From Bacteroidetes bacterium SCGC AAA795-G10 (GTDB taxonomy: Bacteria > Bacteroidota > Bacteroidia > Flavobacteriales > Flavobacteriaceae), in the NCBI GenBank assembly GCA_003130815.1, contig QFDA01000001.1, positions 1,429-65,428 of the forward strand: a DNA stretch of 64,000 nucleotides. The letters are read 5' to 3'. Below the pieces are notes generated by a model that saw nothing but the letters and a program-made list of their open reading frames with translations, had not been told where the DNA came from and did no database searches. Made by a program: the position numbers and the translations under genes. Below, piece after piece: positions 1 through 9,999 of this stretch (positions are counted from its first letter, which is position 1; each line of letters opens with the position of its first letter).

Positions 1-396
1 AGAGAATGATTTCATCCAATCATAGTTATTTATTATTGTAGCGGGATTTGGTATTTTGGAACTAAAGTTTAAAAACTTTTCAAATTGATTTTTCAGATCC
101 TTGCAATTCTTTTCAAGAATTTTATGGTCTAACAAATTTCTCTCATCAGATTTTCCAGATGGATCCCCAATCATACCAGTAGCTCCTCCTAGCAAAACTA
201 TGGGGTGGTGTCCAGCTTTTTGAAAATGCATTAAAATAATTATTTGTACTAAACTACCTATGTGAAGGGAATCTGAGGTAGGATCGAAACCTATATATCC
301 CCTAGTAGAAGTACTTAAAAGAAAGGCTTCTGTTTCTGGTATAAGATCTTGAAGTAAACCTCGCCATCTGAGTTCTTCAACAAAATTTGTCTGCAT
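1..396 (-). CDS. tyrS: Tyrosyl-tRNA synthetase, N-terminal 132 codons (gene continues past the left edge)
   Basis: Absent from the ORF track because it is truncated. My translation of the minus strand from ATG at 394-396 gives MQTNFVEELRWRGLLQDLIPETE...YIGFDPTSDSLHIGSLVQIIILMHFQKAGHHPIVLLGGATGMIGDPSGKSDERNLL. This is the class-I TyrS N-terminus, with the HIGH region and the GGATGxIGDPSGK block. Confidence 0.85.
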   Translation of the reverse strand, partial: MQTNFVEELRWRGLLQDLIPETEAFLLSTSTRGYIGFDPTSDSLHIGSLVQIIILMHFQKAGHHPIVLLGGATGMIGDPSGKSDERNLLDHKILEKNCKDLKNQFEKFLNFSSKIPNPATIINNYDWMKSFS

Positions 397-463
397 TAAT
401 TTTTTAGTAAAGATATATTTCTATTAGTTAAACAAAAAATTAAAAAAGTGTAATTTAGATAAT

Positions 464-1444
464 ATGATTTTAATTATAGGGGGCACTGGTCTTGTTGGCT
501 CTCATCTAATTTTAGAATGTTACAAGGAAAATCTAAAGTTAAGAGTTACTTATAGAAGTAAAGAAAAATTAAATAATTTAAAATATCATCTAAAGAAAAA
601 TCATTTAATGAAATCATGCTATTTAAAAAGTATTGATTGGGTTAATGTCAATCTCAATGATATTGTTAGTCTTGGCGATGCAATAAGAGGCGTAGACTTT
701 GTATACCATTGTGCTGCAAAAGTATCACTAGCAGATTACGACAAGGACGAATTATTTAAAACAAATATTGAAGGGACTTCAAATGTAGTAAACATGTGTT
801 TAAAATATAAAGTAAAAAAACTTTTGTATTTAAGTTCTATTTCATCTATCGGTGCTAATAATGATGTTAAAATAATCAATGAATCTCATTCCTGGGATGA
901 TAACAGAGACTACACTTTTTATGCTCGCTCTAAAAATGCTTCTGAATTAGAAGTTTGGAGAGGCTCTCAAGAAGGATTAAATGTTATTATAGTAAACCCA
1001 GGTTTAATTTTAGGGGACAATGTCAATAATCCAAGTATAAGAAAAATATTGAAAATTGCTCACAATAATTTTTTTTTCTATCCAACAGGTAAGGTAGCTG
1101 TTATAGATATTAATGATGTATCAAGAATACTAATGCTACTTTTAAATTCATCAGTAAAAAATGAACGTTTCATTCTGGTAAGTGAAAATATTGATCAGAG
1201 AATGCTTTTCGACAAGTTTAGATTATCTATAGGAAAAAGAAAAGCCTTTTTCCCATTAAGTAAATTTTTACTCAACTTTTTTTTAATTGGAGAAATAATA
1301 TTACAAACTTTAGGTATTAGAAAAAGATTTATGAGTTGGGCTTTAATTCAAATACTTTGTTCTAAACAGATTTACGATGGTTCTAAAGTTTCAAGATTAT
1401 TATCATTCGAATACAAAGAAATTAAAAGTATTAATTCAGTTTAA
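464..1444 (+). CDS. NAD(P)-dependent epimerase/dehydratase-type SDR oxidoreductase
   Basis: N-terminal Rossmann motif GGTGLVGSHL and a YxxxK catalytic pair (YARSK). Length of 326 aa is typical of extended SDRs. Confidence 0.7.
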   Translation: MILIIGGTGLVGSHLILECYKENLKLRVTYRSKEKLNNLKYHLKKNHLMKSCYLKSIDWVNVNLNDIVSLGDAIRGVDFVYHCAAKVSLADYDKDELFKTNIEGTSNVVNMCLKYKVKKLLYLSSISSIGANNDVKIINESHSWDDNRDYTFYARSKNASELEVWRGSQEGLNVIIVNPGLILGDNVNNPSIRKILKIAHNNFFFYPTGKVAVIDINDVSRILMLLLNSSVKNERFILVSENIDQRMLFDKFRLSIGKRKAFFPLSKFLLNFFLIGEIILQTLGIRKRFMSWALIQILCSKQIYDGSKVSRLLSFEYKEIKSINSV

Positions 1445-1809
1445 TTTTCTTTAATTTTTATATTGTCAATACTGTCTTTACTTCTTTCCATTCTCTTCAA
1501 TACTTTTTTATACATTTTACTCATTATTTTTGGATTTTTTGTGTAGTATTCATTACTTCTTACAAGTTGAAGACTATCAATATTATATTTTAAAAAAAGA
1601 TATGGTGTACCTACAATGCCAATAAACTTTTTATTTTTTGGTTTAAAAGTACTCATGACATCCATCATTATTGCTTCATAAATTATGTTTTCCATTGTTG
1701 ATTCATCTATTAAATTTTTAGGTTTATATGGTAAAGTTTGATCTTTACAACATAAAATCAACAGTTGAAAAAAAATTGAAATACTTATTTTTATAATAGC
1801 ATATTTCAT
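1441..1809 (-). CDS. Small putative lipoprotein (DUF4296-like)
   Basis: Hydrophobic N-terminus ending in Cys (LILCCKD). It lies directly downstream of dihydroorotase with a 4-nt overlap. The family assignment is from memory of Bacteroidota synteny only. Confidence 0.4.
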   Translation of the reverse strand: MKYAIIKISISIFFQLLILCCKDQTLPYKPKNLIDESTMENIIYEAIMMDVMSTFKPKNKKFIGIVGTPYLFLKYNIDSLQLVRSNEYYTKNPKIMSKMYKKVLKRMERSKDSIDNIKIKEN

Positions 1810-3143
1810 CTATTATAGGTTAAGGGTCTCGCAGTTGATTTAGCAGAAATTTTTCCTTGGTCATAAGCCAGTTGACCATTGATAAAGGTCTTTTCTACTA
1901 CTCCTTTAAAAATAATATTTTCAAAAGGAGACCAACCACACTTATACAAAATATTTGATTTTTTCACATTATAATATTTTTGCAAATCTATTATAACAAG
2001 ATCAGCAAAAAAACCCTCCCGTAGATAACCTCTATCTTTGATATCAAAAAGAATTGAGGGGTTATGACAGGCTTTTTCAACAATTTTCTCCAAAGTAATG
2101 CGTTTTTGATGAAAACAAGTAAGGAGTGCTGAAAGCGAATGTTGTACAAGAGGTCCACCAGATGGTGAAATCAGATAAGGAGCTGACTTTTCATCAAGGG
2201 TATGTGGAGCATGATCTGTTGCTAAAACATCGATATAGTCTTGATTTAATCCATCCCACAACGCCTTTTGATCTTTTTTTGTTTTAATAGACGGATTCCA
2301 TTTAATTTTAGATCCTTTCTCCAAATAATCACCATTGTCAAACCAAAGATGATGTGTGCAAACCTCAGAAGTAATTTTTTTTTGTTTTAAAGGGACATCA
2401 TTTTGAAAAAGTGAAAGTTCTTTTTCTGTAGACAGATGAAATACGTGTAAACGCGCTCCTGTTTCTTTAGCTAATTTTATAGCATTTGATGAGGAAACGA
2501 AACATGCTTCTTCACTTCTAATTTTCGAATGATAACTCATCGGTATATTTTCGCCATACTTTTTTTTTGCTTCAATAAGATTTTTATTTATAATATCTTC
2601 ATCCTCGCAATGAACAGCTATAACCAAGTTTGTGCTTTTAAAAATCTCTTTCAACACTTCTTGATTATTGATTAACATATTTCCAGTAGAAGAACCTAAA
2701 AAAAGTTTTAATGCTGGAACTTTTTTTTCATCTAAAGCTTTAATTTCCTCTAAGTTATGATTTGTGCCTCCAAACATAAATCCGTAGTTGGCAAAAGAAG
2801 TCTTAGAGGCAATTACATTTTTATGTTCCCAATCCATCATTGTTGTTGTTTGAGGAATTGTATTTGGCATTTCTAAAAATGAAGTAATCCCACCAGCTAT
2901 CGCAGCTTTAGATTCTGACTCAATAGTTGCTTTATGTGTTAAACCTGGTTCCCTAAAATGGACTTGATCATCAATAAGACCTGGGATTATATATTTCCCA
3001 GAAGCATCAAAGACTTTAACATTTCGGGAAGTTTGAATAGAATTACTAATCTTTTCTATTCTATCATTAAATATCAAAATATCTTTTTCCTCAATACAAC
3101 CTTCATTAACTAATTTCCCATTTGTAATTTTTATAGCTCCCAT
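1806..3143 (-). CDS. pyrC: Dihydroorotase (amidohydrolase superfamily)
   Basis: Motifs DDQVHFREPG, EMPNT and VLATDHAPH; 445 aa. Confidence 0.8.
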   Translation of the reverse strand: MGAIKITNGKLVNEGCIEEKDILIFNDRIEKISNSIQTSRNVKVFDASGKYIIPGLIDDQVHFREPGLTHKATIESESKAAIAGGITSFLEMPNTIPQTTTMMDWEHKNVIASKTSFANYGFMFGGTNHNLEEIKALDEKKVPALKLFLGSSTGNMLINNQEVLKEIFKSTNLVIAVHCEDEDIINKNLIEAKKKYGENIPMSYHSKIRSEEACFVSSSNAIKLAKETGARLHVFHLSTEKELSLFQNDVPLKQKKITSEVCTHHLWFDNGDYLEKGSKIKWNPSIKTKKDQKALWDGLNQDYIDVLATDHAPHTLDEKSAPYLISPSGGPLVQHSLSALLTCFHQKRITLEKIVEKACHNPSILFDIKDRGYLREGFFADLVIIDLQKYYNVKKSNILYKCGWSPFENIIFKGVVEKTFINGQLAYDQGKISAKSTARPLTYNR

Positions 3144-3144
3144 C

Positions 3145-3864
3145 TTATTTAATTTTTCTTTTGCTTGCTCTTAAATATAAAACACCAAAAAAAGCTTCCA
3201 AAATTATACTTCTATCCATTTTTGAGTTCCCATGAGCCCTATTTAAAAATACTATGGACTCTTCAATTAGATTAAAACCTTTAATCCAAGCCTTGTATTT
3301 CATTTCTATTTGGAATGCGTATCCAACAAACTTAATTCTATTTATATTTAGAGCCTCAAGAACCTGTTTTTTATAACCAACAAAACCAGAAGTTGGATCT
3401 TTGATTGGCATAGATGTTATAAATCTAACATAAATTGAGGCAATATATGACAATAAAATTCTAGACAATGGCCAATTAATTACATTAACTCCATTTTTGT
3501 ATCGGGACCCAATAATTACATCAGCAGCTAAATCAAGGTGGTTTATCATTTTTTCTAATTCATTTGGATTATGCGATAAGTCTGCGTCCATTTGAAATAT
3601 ATAATCATAATTCCTTGCTAAAGCCCAATTAAAACCATGAACATATGCTACACCTAATCCTTCTTTTTTATTTTTTTTTTCTAAAAATAATTTTTTCTTG
3701 TACTTATCCATTAGATTTTTAACAACCTTAGACGTTCCATCTGGTGAATTATCATCAACAACAAGAACATTAAGGGTTAAGTTGATGTTGAATAAAGAAT
3801 TAATAATTAATGAGATATTTTCAATCTCATTATATGTAGGAATAATTACTACAGTTTTTTTCAT
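3145..3864 (-). CDS. GT2 polyprenol-phosphate mannosyl/glycosyltransferase
   Basis: IIPTYNE...VVDDNSPDGT...QMDADLSH, the typical dolichyl-phosphate mannose synthase-like GT2 layout. Confidence 0.75.
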   Translation of the reverse strand: MKKTVVIIPTYNEIENISLIINSLFNINLTLNVLVVDDNSPDGTSKVVKNLMDKYKKKLFLEKKNKKEGLGVAYVHGFNWALARNYDYIFQMDADLSHNPNELEKMINHLDLAADVIIGSRYKNGVNVINWPLSRILLSYIASIYVRFITSMPIKDPTSGFVGYKKQVLEALNINRIKFVGYAFQIEMKYKAWIKGFNLIEESIVFLNRAHGNSKMDRSIILEAFFGVLYLRASKRKIK

Positions 3865-3949
3865 TTGTGCTATGTAAAATTAGCAATGTTTTGTTTTAGA
3901 TATAGAGCCGATTGGCAGAATTATTATATAAATGAATTAAATTTGATAG

Positions 3950-4615
3950 ATGGGAGAATTAATTTTAAAATCAAATTTAATTCAAGATTGGATAAGTTTT
4001 GCTTTATTATTCAATATATTTTTAACTTATTTATTGGCGAAAATAAATCCTATTAGAACAACTAGGTTATTTAATTTTCTGAAAACTGACCTCTATTTTA
4101 GTAAACATAATTCTGAAAGAGAAACTCAGTATCTAAATCTATATAATATCGTTGGAACCTTGATAATTTTAAATACGATTTGCCTCTCATTTATATTTTT
4201 TTCTGAGAAAATTATTTATAAAAAAACTTATTTTTTTGAGTTCTGTTTCCTTTTTTTATTTCTGACTATTTTTCTATTAATTAGGTATTTTTTAGCAACA
4301 TTAATTACAAAAAAAGGTGACTTTTTAAAAAAAATAAAATCTTTAATCTTCAAAAACTTTACACTTAATTTACAATATGCTTATTTGTATTTTGCATTAA
4401 TTTTAATCGGTTTTTACAGTAAAATACCATCGTTATTATTATATTCTTTTGTAGGCATTACTTTAATATCATGGTTTTTATCACAAACTAGGTTGTTTTT
4501 AACATTATTTAAATTTCTTCCAAAAGAAGTTTTTTATTTTATTCTTTATCTTTGCACCTTTAAATTAATTCCTTGGTACTGTTTCTATTTACTTGTTTTG
4601 GAACCAAGGTTTTAG
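3950..4615 (+). CDS. Multi-pass membrane protein (DUF4271-like)
   Basis: About 6 hydrophobic segments. It sits immediately upstream of hemD, as in many Bacteroidota (synteny recalled from memory). Confidence 0.5.
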   Translation: MGELILKSNLIQDWISFALLFNIFLTYLLAKINPIRTTRLFNFLKTDLYFSKHNSERETQYLNLYNIVGTLIILNTICLSFIFFSEKIIYKKTYFFEFCFLFLFLTIFLLIRYFLATLITKKGDFLKKIKSLIFKNFTLNLQYAYLYFALILIGFYSKIPSLLLYSFVGITLISWFLSQTRLFLTLFKFLPKEVFYFILYLCTFKLIPWYCFYLLVLEPRF

Positions 4616-4623
4616 ATTATCGG

Positions 4624-5376
4624 ATGTTTATGAAAGTGAAAACAATTTTAGTATCCCAACCAGAACCATCTTCTGATAAATCACCTTACAAAAGACTTAA
4701 AGAAAAACTGAAATTGACCATCGATTTTAGACCTTTCATTCATGTTGAGGGTGCAAGCGCAAAAGAAGTTCGTCAACAGAAAATTGATTTTAATAATTTT
4801 GATAATGTCGTATTAACAAGCAGAAATGCTGTTGACAATTATTTTCGCCTTTGCAAAGAAATGCGTTATACAGTAACTGATTCAACTAAATATTTCTGTC
4901 TATCGGAAGCAGTTGCATATTATTTACAGAAATATGTAGTGTATAGGAAAAGAAAAGTATACGTAGGTGAGGGCAATATAAAAGATCTTGAAAATGTATT
5001 TAAAAAGTTTGAAAAGGATAAGTTTATGTTTCCTACATCTGATTTGTTGATGAGCGTTGTTCCAGACTTTCTAAATGAATTGAACTTAAACTGGAAGCGT
5101 GCAATTTTGTATAGGACAGTTTTGAGTGATTTGTCAGATTTGAGAGATGTTTATTATGATGTACTTGCTTTTTTTAGTCCTTCAGGTATCGAATCCTTAT
5201 TCAAAAACTTTCCAGATTTCAAACAAAAAAACACCCGAATTGCAGCTTATGGTAAAACAACAATTAAAGCAGCAGAAAATGCTGGTCTTGAAGTTCAGAT
5301 AAAAGCCCCGACTCCAGAATCACCTTCAATGACAATGGCTTTAGAAAAGTATGTAATGAAAGTAAATAAAGGTTAA
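4624..5376 (+). CDS. hemD: Uroporphyrinogen-III synthase
   Basis: HEM4-like sequence (KTILVSQPEP, VLTSRNAVDNYF, FFSPSGIESLF). I prefer the ATG at 4624 or 4630 over the TTG at 4573 in the track. Confidence 0.7.
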   Translation: MFMKVKTILVSQPEPSSDKSPYKRLKEKLKLTIDFRPFIHVEGASAKEVRQQKIDFNNFDNVVLTSRNAVDNYFRLCKEMRYTVTDSTKYFCLSEAVAYYLQKYVVYRKRKVYVGEGNIKDLENVFKKFEKDKFMFPTSDLLMSVVPDFLNELNLNWKRAILYRTVLSDLSDLRDVYYDVLAFFSPSGIESLFKNFPDFKQKNTRIAAYGKTTIKAAENAGLEVQIKAPTPESPSMTMALEKYVMKVNKG

Positions 5377-5395
5377 ATTCTAACCTTTATTTAAA
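5368..5395 (+). terminator. Candidate rho-independent terminator after hemD
   Basis: aaaggtta/taaccttt forms an 8-bp stem (5368-5375 / 5381-5388) with a 5-nt loop, followed by tttatttaaatt. It overlaps the hemD stop codon. Confidence 0.4.
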
Positions 5396-5535
5396 TTAAC
5401 TTAAGTTAGTTAATAACCTTTTAAATAAATATTCTCCAAACTTTAAAGACTTGTTCAAATTAATATTTTTCACCTCATACAAGATTTTATTTTAAATTTT
5501 TAATTTAATTTAGATTTTCTCAATAATATTTAAAG

Positions 5536-6006
5536 ATGAAATTAGTTGAAAAAAAAGCATTGCTCGACGGCATAGACAAGATTATAATTAAACATCTATT
5601 AAAGGATGCACGCACTCCAATTCAAATTTTATCAAAGGCATGCAGTATTTCAGGTGCTGCCGTACATCAAAGATTAAAAAAACTTGAAAATACAGGTGTA
5701 ATTTCAGGATCTCATATAATTTTAAACCCAAAAATTTTGGGTTTAAATACAGTCGCATTTATTGGTATCTTTCTTGACAAAGCAACACGCAATCAAGAAG
5801 CGGTTAGACAGCTTAAAAATATACCAGAAGTTATTGAATGTCACTATACAACTGGAAACTGGAGCATATTTGTTAAACTTCTATGTGAAGACAATGAACA
5901 TTTGATGCAATTGTTAAATAAAAACATACAAACTATTAACGGAGTTTCTAGAACAGAAACTTTCATCTCTTTACAAGAACAAATTAGTCGTCAGATAGTT
6001 TTCTGA
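5536..6006 (+). CDS. Lrp/AsnC family transcriptional regulator
   Basis: N-terminal HTH (LDGIDKIIIKHLLKDARTPIQILSKACSISGAAVHQRLKKLE) plus a C-terminal RAM/AsnC_trans_reg domain; 156 aa. Confidence 0.85.
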   Translation: MKLVEKKALLDGIDKIIIKHLLKDARTPIQILSKACSISGAAVHQRLKKLENTGVISGSHIILNPKILGLNTVAFIGIFLDKATRNQEAVRQLKNIPEVIECHYTTGNWSIFVKLLCEDNEHLMQLLNKNIQTINGVSRTETFISLQEQISRQIVF

Positions 6007-6048
6007 ATTCGTCTTGTTGACATACAATAAAATGAGATTTGTAAATTA

Positions 6049-8736
6049 TTAATGAACTATATTGATAATTTTATTTTGAATAATCACCCATCTTTTCGGT
6101 AAAGAGCCGTTTAGGTAACGTTCCGTTCTAGTATCGCCCATTACTGCCTCTTTAATTTCAGAATCATTCAAATTTAAGGACAGACTTATATTAAATCTTA
6201 ATTTACCATTAAATGAAACTGGATAGTTTTTTGTTTCTTCAATTAAATAAGATTCATTTACTTGAGGAAAAGGTTCGTAAGTAATAGTATTTTTATGCCC
6301 TAAACTCTCCCAAATTTCTTCTGCAATATGGGGTGCAAAAGGATATAATATTTGAGTCAATGGAGATAAAATTTTTCTGCTCTTGCAATCTAAATTAGTT
6401 AATTCATTTACACAAATCATTAGAGCACTTACACATGTATTAAAAGAAAAGCTTTCAATACCGCTAGCTATTTTTTTAATTGTTTTATGGAGCAACTTTA
6501 ATTCATTTTTGTTAGGCTCTATTTCAGTTACCATCCACTTGTCATTTCTATAAAATAAACGCCAATATTTTTTTAAAAAGTTGTGGACCCCAGATATACC
6601 CGAAGTATTCCAAGGTTTAGCTTGTTCAATGGGACCAAGGAAGATTTCATACATTCGAAGGGTATCAGCACCATACTGCTTGCATATCTCATCGGGATTA
6701 ACAACATTGAACTTCGATTTCGACATTTTTTCAATATCTCTTGAAACATAAAATGATTTGCCTTTTATAAAATTTACATCATTAAATTCAGGATTATTTT
6801 GTTTTAATCTCTCAATATCTAATCTATTTTTTTCATCGACGAAGGATATGTCAACATGAATTTTTTGTGTCTTCTCATCCTTAATCATGTCAAATGAAAT
6901 AAAATCGTTAGTATTTTTGATTCTATGGGCAAAAGCACTATTTCCTAAAATCATTCCCTGATTAACAAGCTTTTTGAATGGTTCGTTAGTATTTACATAA
7001 TCTAAGTCAAATAGAACTTTATGCCAAAACCTTGAATATAACAAATGAAGAACGGCATGTTCTGCACCTCCAACGTACAGATCGACTGGCATCCAATATT
7101 TAATTAAATCTTTATTTGCGAATTCATTATTATTATCCGGGTCAATAAACCTTAAAAAATACCAACATGACCCAGCCCATTGTGGCATCGTATTAGTCTC
7201 TCTCAAATAATTCTTACCATTAATTGAAATGTTAACCCAATCATTATTCCTTGCCAATGGTGACAAACCATCGTTTGTTGGTAAATAGCTTTCAACTTCA
7301 GGTAATTTAAGTGGTAAATCACCAAATTTAAGGGCTTTCTTTTTATTTCCATCGTAAATTATTGGAATTGGCTCACCCCAATATCTTTGACGAGTAAAGA
7401 TCCAATCTCTTAATTTATAATTGGTCGTTTTGGTTCCTTTATTTTTACTTTCTAACTTTTCGACTACAATGGATTTGAATTTTATATTATCCATTCCGTC
7501 ATATTCTCCGCAATTAATTAATGACCCGTTTCCAGTGTAACACTCGTCTTTATTACCACCATCAATTACTTTAATTATTTTAAGATTAAATCTTCTTGCG
7601 AACTCATTATCTCTTTCATCATGTGCAGGCACTGCCATTATAGCCCCCGTCCCATATGAAAAAAGAACATAATCGGATATCCATACAGGGATTTTTTCAT
7701 TTGAAATAGGATTTAAAGCAAAAGATCCGGTGAAAACACCTGTTTTATTTTTTTCATTCTCTTGCCTCTCTAAATCACTTTTTTTTGAAGCCTTCTCAAT
7801 ATATTCACTTACTGATTTTTTATATTTATCTGTTGTAATTTGATTTATCAAAGGATGTTCAGGTGCTAATACTAAATATGTTGCACCAAAAATTGTGTCT
7901 GGTCTAGTTGTAAATACCTCGATAAAATTATTATCTATTGAAAACTTTATTTCAGCTCCTTCAGACTTTCCAATCCAGTTTTTTTGGGATAATTTTATAG
8001 ATTCAGGCCAGTCCAATTCAAATAAATCATCAAGTAATCTATCTGCATAATCTGTTATTCTCATAACCCATTGCTTCATTGGTCTTTTAATCACAGGGAA
8101 TCCCCCTCTTTCACTTAAACCACCAATAACCTCTTCATTTGCAAGTACAGTTCCCAGCTCCTCACACCAATTAACATCAATTGTGTCAACATAGGCTAAT
8201 CTTTTAGAGTCTATATAAGACTCTATTTCTTTTTCATTCAGATTTTTTGGAATTTTTAATTTTTCAATGGGTTGAGCTTTATTAAGATCATGATCAAAAT
8301 AACTGTTGAATAATTTTAAAAAAATCCACTGAGTCCAACGATAATAACTGCTATCACTTGTTTTAATTTCTCTATCCCAATCAAACGATAAACCTAATTT
8401 ATCCAATTGATTTTTAAATCTAACAACATTTTCTTCAGTAGTTTTTTTTGGGTGCTGTCCTGTTTTGACAGCATATTGCTCAGCAGGTAACCCAAATGAA
8501 TCAAAACCCATAGGATGAAGAACATTAAAACCTTTACTTCTTTTGAATCTAGAAATTATATCAGATGCTATATAACCAAGGGGATGACCAACATGGAGGC
8601 CTGAACCCGATGGATATGGGAACATATCTAACACGTAATATTTAGGTTTTTCTGAATTATTATCAGCTTTAAAAGTTTTATTATTAAGCCAATACTTCTG
8701 CCATTTTTTTTCAATATTTCTAAAATCGTATTTCAA
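6049..8736 (-). CDS. leuS: Leucyl-tRNA synthetase
   Basis: HIGH motif (GLHVGHPLGY), KMSKS motif (EKMSKSKFN) and the N-terminus MKYDFRNIEKKWQKYW. Confidence 0.95.
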   Translation of the reverse strand: MKYDFRNIEKKWQKYWLNNKTFKADNNSEKPKYYVLDMFPYPSGSGLHVGHPLGYIASDIISRFKRSKGFNVLHPMGFDSFGLPAEQYAVKTGQHPKKTTEENVVRFKNQLDKLGLSFDWDREIKTSDSSYYRWTQWIFLKLFNSYFDHDLNKAQPIEKLKIPKNLNEKEIESYIDSKRLAYVDTIDVNWCEELGTVLANEEVIGGLSERGGFPVIKRPMKQWVMRITDYADRLLDDLFELDWPESIKLSQKNWIGKSEGAEIKFSIDNNFIEVFTTRPDTIFGATYLVLAPEHPLINQITTDKYKKSVSEYIEKASKKSDLERQENEKNKTGVFTGSFALNPISNEKIPVWISDYVLFSYGTGAIMAVPAHDERDNEFARRFNLKIIKVIDGGNKDECYTGNGSLINCGEYDGMDNIKFKSIVVEKLESKNKGTKTTNYKLRDWIFTRQRYWGEPIPIIYDGNKKKALKFGDLPLKLPEVESYLPTNDGLSPLARNNDWVNISINGKNYLRETNTMPQWAGSCWYFLRFIDPDNNNEFANKDLIKYWMPVDLYVGGAEHAVLHLLYSRFWHKVLFDLDYVNTNEPFKKLVNQGMILGNSAFAHRIKNTNDFISFDMIKDEKTQKIHVDISFVDEKNRLDIERLKQNNPEFNDVNFIKGKSFYVSRDIEKMSKSKFNVVNPDEICKQYGADTLRMYEIFLGPIEQAKPWNTSGISGVHNFLKKYWRLFYRNDKWMVTEIEPNKNELKLLHKTIKKIASGIESFSFNTCVSALMICVNELTNLDCKSRKILSPLTQILYPFAPHIAEEIWESLGHKNTITYEPFPQVNESYLIEETKNYPVSFNGKLRFNISLSLNLNDSEIKEAVMGDTRTERYLNGSLPKRWVIIQNKIINIVH

Positions 8737-8857
8737 TTGAACTTAATTTAATTGATTAAAAAAGCTAAAATTACATTTATTGCTTGAATGTCAAAAAGAG
8801 TAAAGAAAATTTTATGAGTACTCGATAATTACTTTTCTTTTTTAATTTTACTAAAAA

Positions 8858-9742
8858 ATGAATGTGTCAAAGAAAAATCAAGAAAAGTTTCAAAATAGAA
8901 GAGTTTTAAATAGCTATTTCTCTGTTATAATTAGTATAACGTTTGTTCTCTTTCTTTTGGGTATTCTTGGGTTATTTGTTTTAAATTATAGAAGTATTAC
9001 TTCACATTTTAAAGAGCAAATTGCTATGAACGTTTATTTAAAAAATAACGCAAAAGAGATAGAAATTACTCAATTACAGAAGAAGATTTTACTTAATCCT
9101 GCGACCAAAAAACTTAATTACATTTCAAAAGAAGAAGCAGCAAAATCATATGTTAGTGAGATCGGAGAAGATTTTATTAATTTTTTAGGTTACAATCCTC
9201 TCTTAGATGTTATTGATGTTTTTTTTAATGCAAGCTATGTGAACAATCAAACTCTTTCCTCAACTAAAATTGATATTGAAAGTTTTGATTTTGTTGACGA
9301 AGTAGTTTACGACAAACCACTATTAGAGCTTTTAGAGGTCAATATTCGAAAAATTACTTTTGGTTTATTATTTTTTACTTTATTTTTTGTAATTATTGCT
9401 CTTCTTTTGATAAATAGTTCAATAAGGCTATCTATTTTCTCTAAACGTTTTATAATAAAAACCATGCAGCTAGTAGGGGCAAAAAAATCCTTTATCAGGA
9501 AACCTTTTATTTTAAATAATATGCTCTTGGGGTTTATTAGTTCTTTAATATCTCTTGGTGCTTTAAGTTACTTGATATTTGAAATTGATAGACAATTTCC
9601 AGAATTAAAAATATTTAATCAAACTAATGAATTAGTCATTATTTACTTAATAGTTATGATGTTTGGAATTATAATTTCAGGTCTAAGTACTTTCTTTGCA
9701 ACTCAGCGTTATTTAAACCTAAAAACAAACACAAACTATTAG
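8858..9742 (+). CDS. ftsX: Cell-division protein FtsX-like permease
   Basis: One N-terminal TM, a large periplasmic loop, then 3 C-terminal TMs (FtsX fold) and MQLVGAKKSFIRKPF. No ftsE is adjacent. Confidence 0.75.
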   Translation: MNVSKKNQEKFQNRRVLNSYFSVIISITFVLFLLGILGLFVLNYRSITSHFKEQIAMNVYLKNNAKEIEITQLQKKILLNPATKKLNYISKEEAAKSYVSEIGEDFINFLGYNPLLDVIDVFFNASYVNNQTLSSTKIDIESFDFVDEVVYDKPLLELLEVNIRKITFGLLFFTLFFVIIALLLINSSIRLSIFSKRFIIKTMQLVGAKKSFIRKPFILNNMLLGFISSLISLGALSYLIFEIDRQFPELKIFNQTNELVIIYLIVMMFGIIISGLSTFFATQRYLNLKTNTNY

Positions 9743-9750
9743 AAGCGGAA

Positions 9751-9999
9751 ATGAAAAAAAAGGACTCAAAAAAAAAGTTTTTGTTTGGTAAAAGGAACTA
9801 CATTTTTTTGTTTGTTTCCTCAACAATAATTTGTGTTGGTTTTATTTTAATGAGTGGAGGTGGAAGCAATGATCCAGATTTTTTCAATGACGAAATTTTT
9901 AACTTCAGAAGAATTCGGTTAGCCCCAACTATTGTTATAATTGGTTTTGGTTTCGCAATTCTTTCAATTTTTAATAATCCTGATCGTAAAAATGAGTAA
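9751..9999 (+). CDS. Small 2-TM membrane protein (DUF3098-like)
   Basis: 82 aa with two hydrophobic helices, lying between ftsX and uppP. The family name is from memory. Confidence 0.5.
   Translation: MKKKDSKKKFLFGKRNYIFLFVSSTIICVGFILMSGGGSNDPDFFNDEIFNFRRIRLAPTIVIIGFGFAILSIFNNPDRKNE

Noticed and set aside
253-264. The TyrS signature reads HIGS instead of HIGH at the fourth position.
   Set aside because: I verified the codons (cac ata ggt agt). Without an alignment of Flavobacteriia TyrS I cannot say whether this is lineage-typical. The fourth position of the HIGH motif is known to vary in class-I synthetases.
3865-4056. A 63-aa ORF overlaps the start of the DUF4271-like gene.
   Set aside because: It is a different frame of the same region, has no recognisable features, and lies in the promoter and 5-prime region of divergent genes. 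It is probably spurious. The same judgement applies to other short antisense ORFs in the track (for example 9798-10010, 12440-12625, 13306-13497, 15415-15609, 16249-16434 and 32185-32427).
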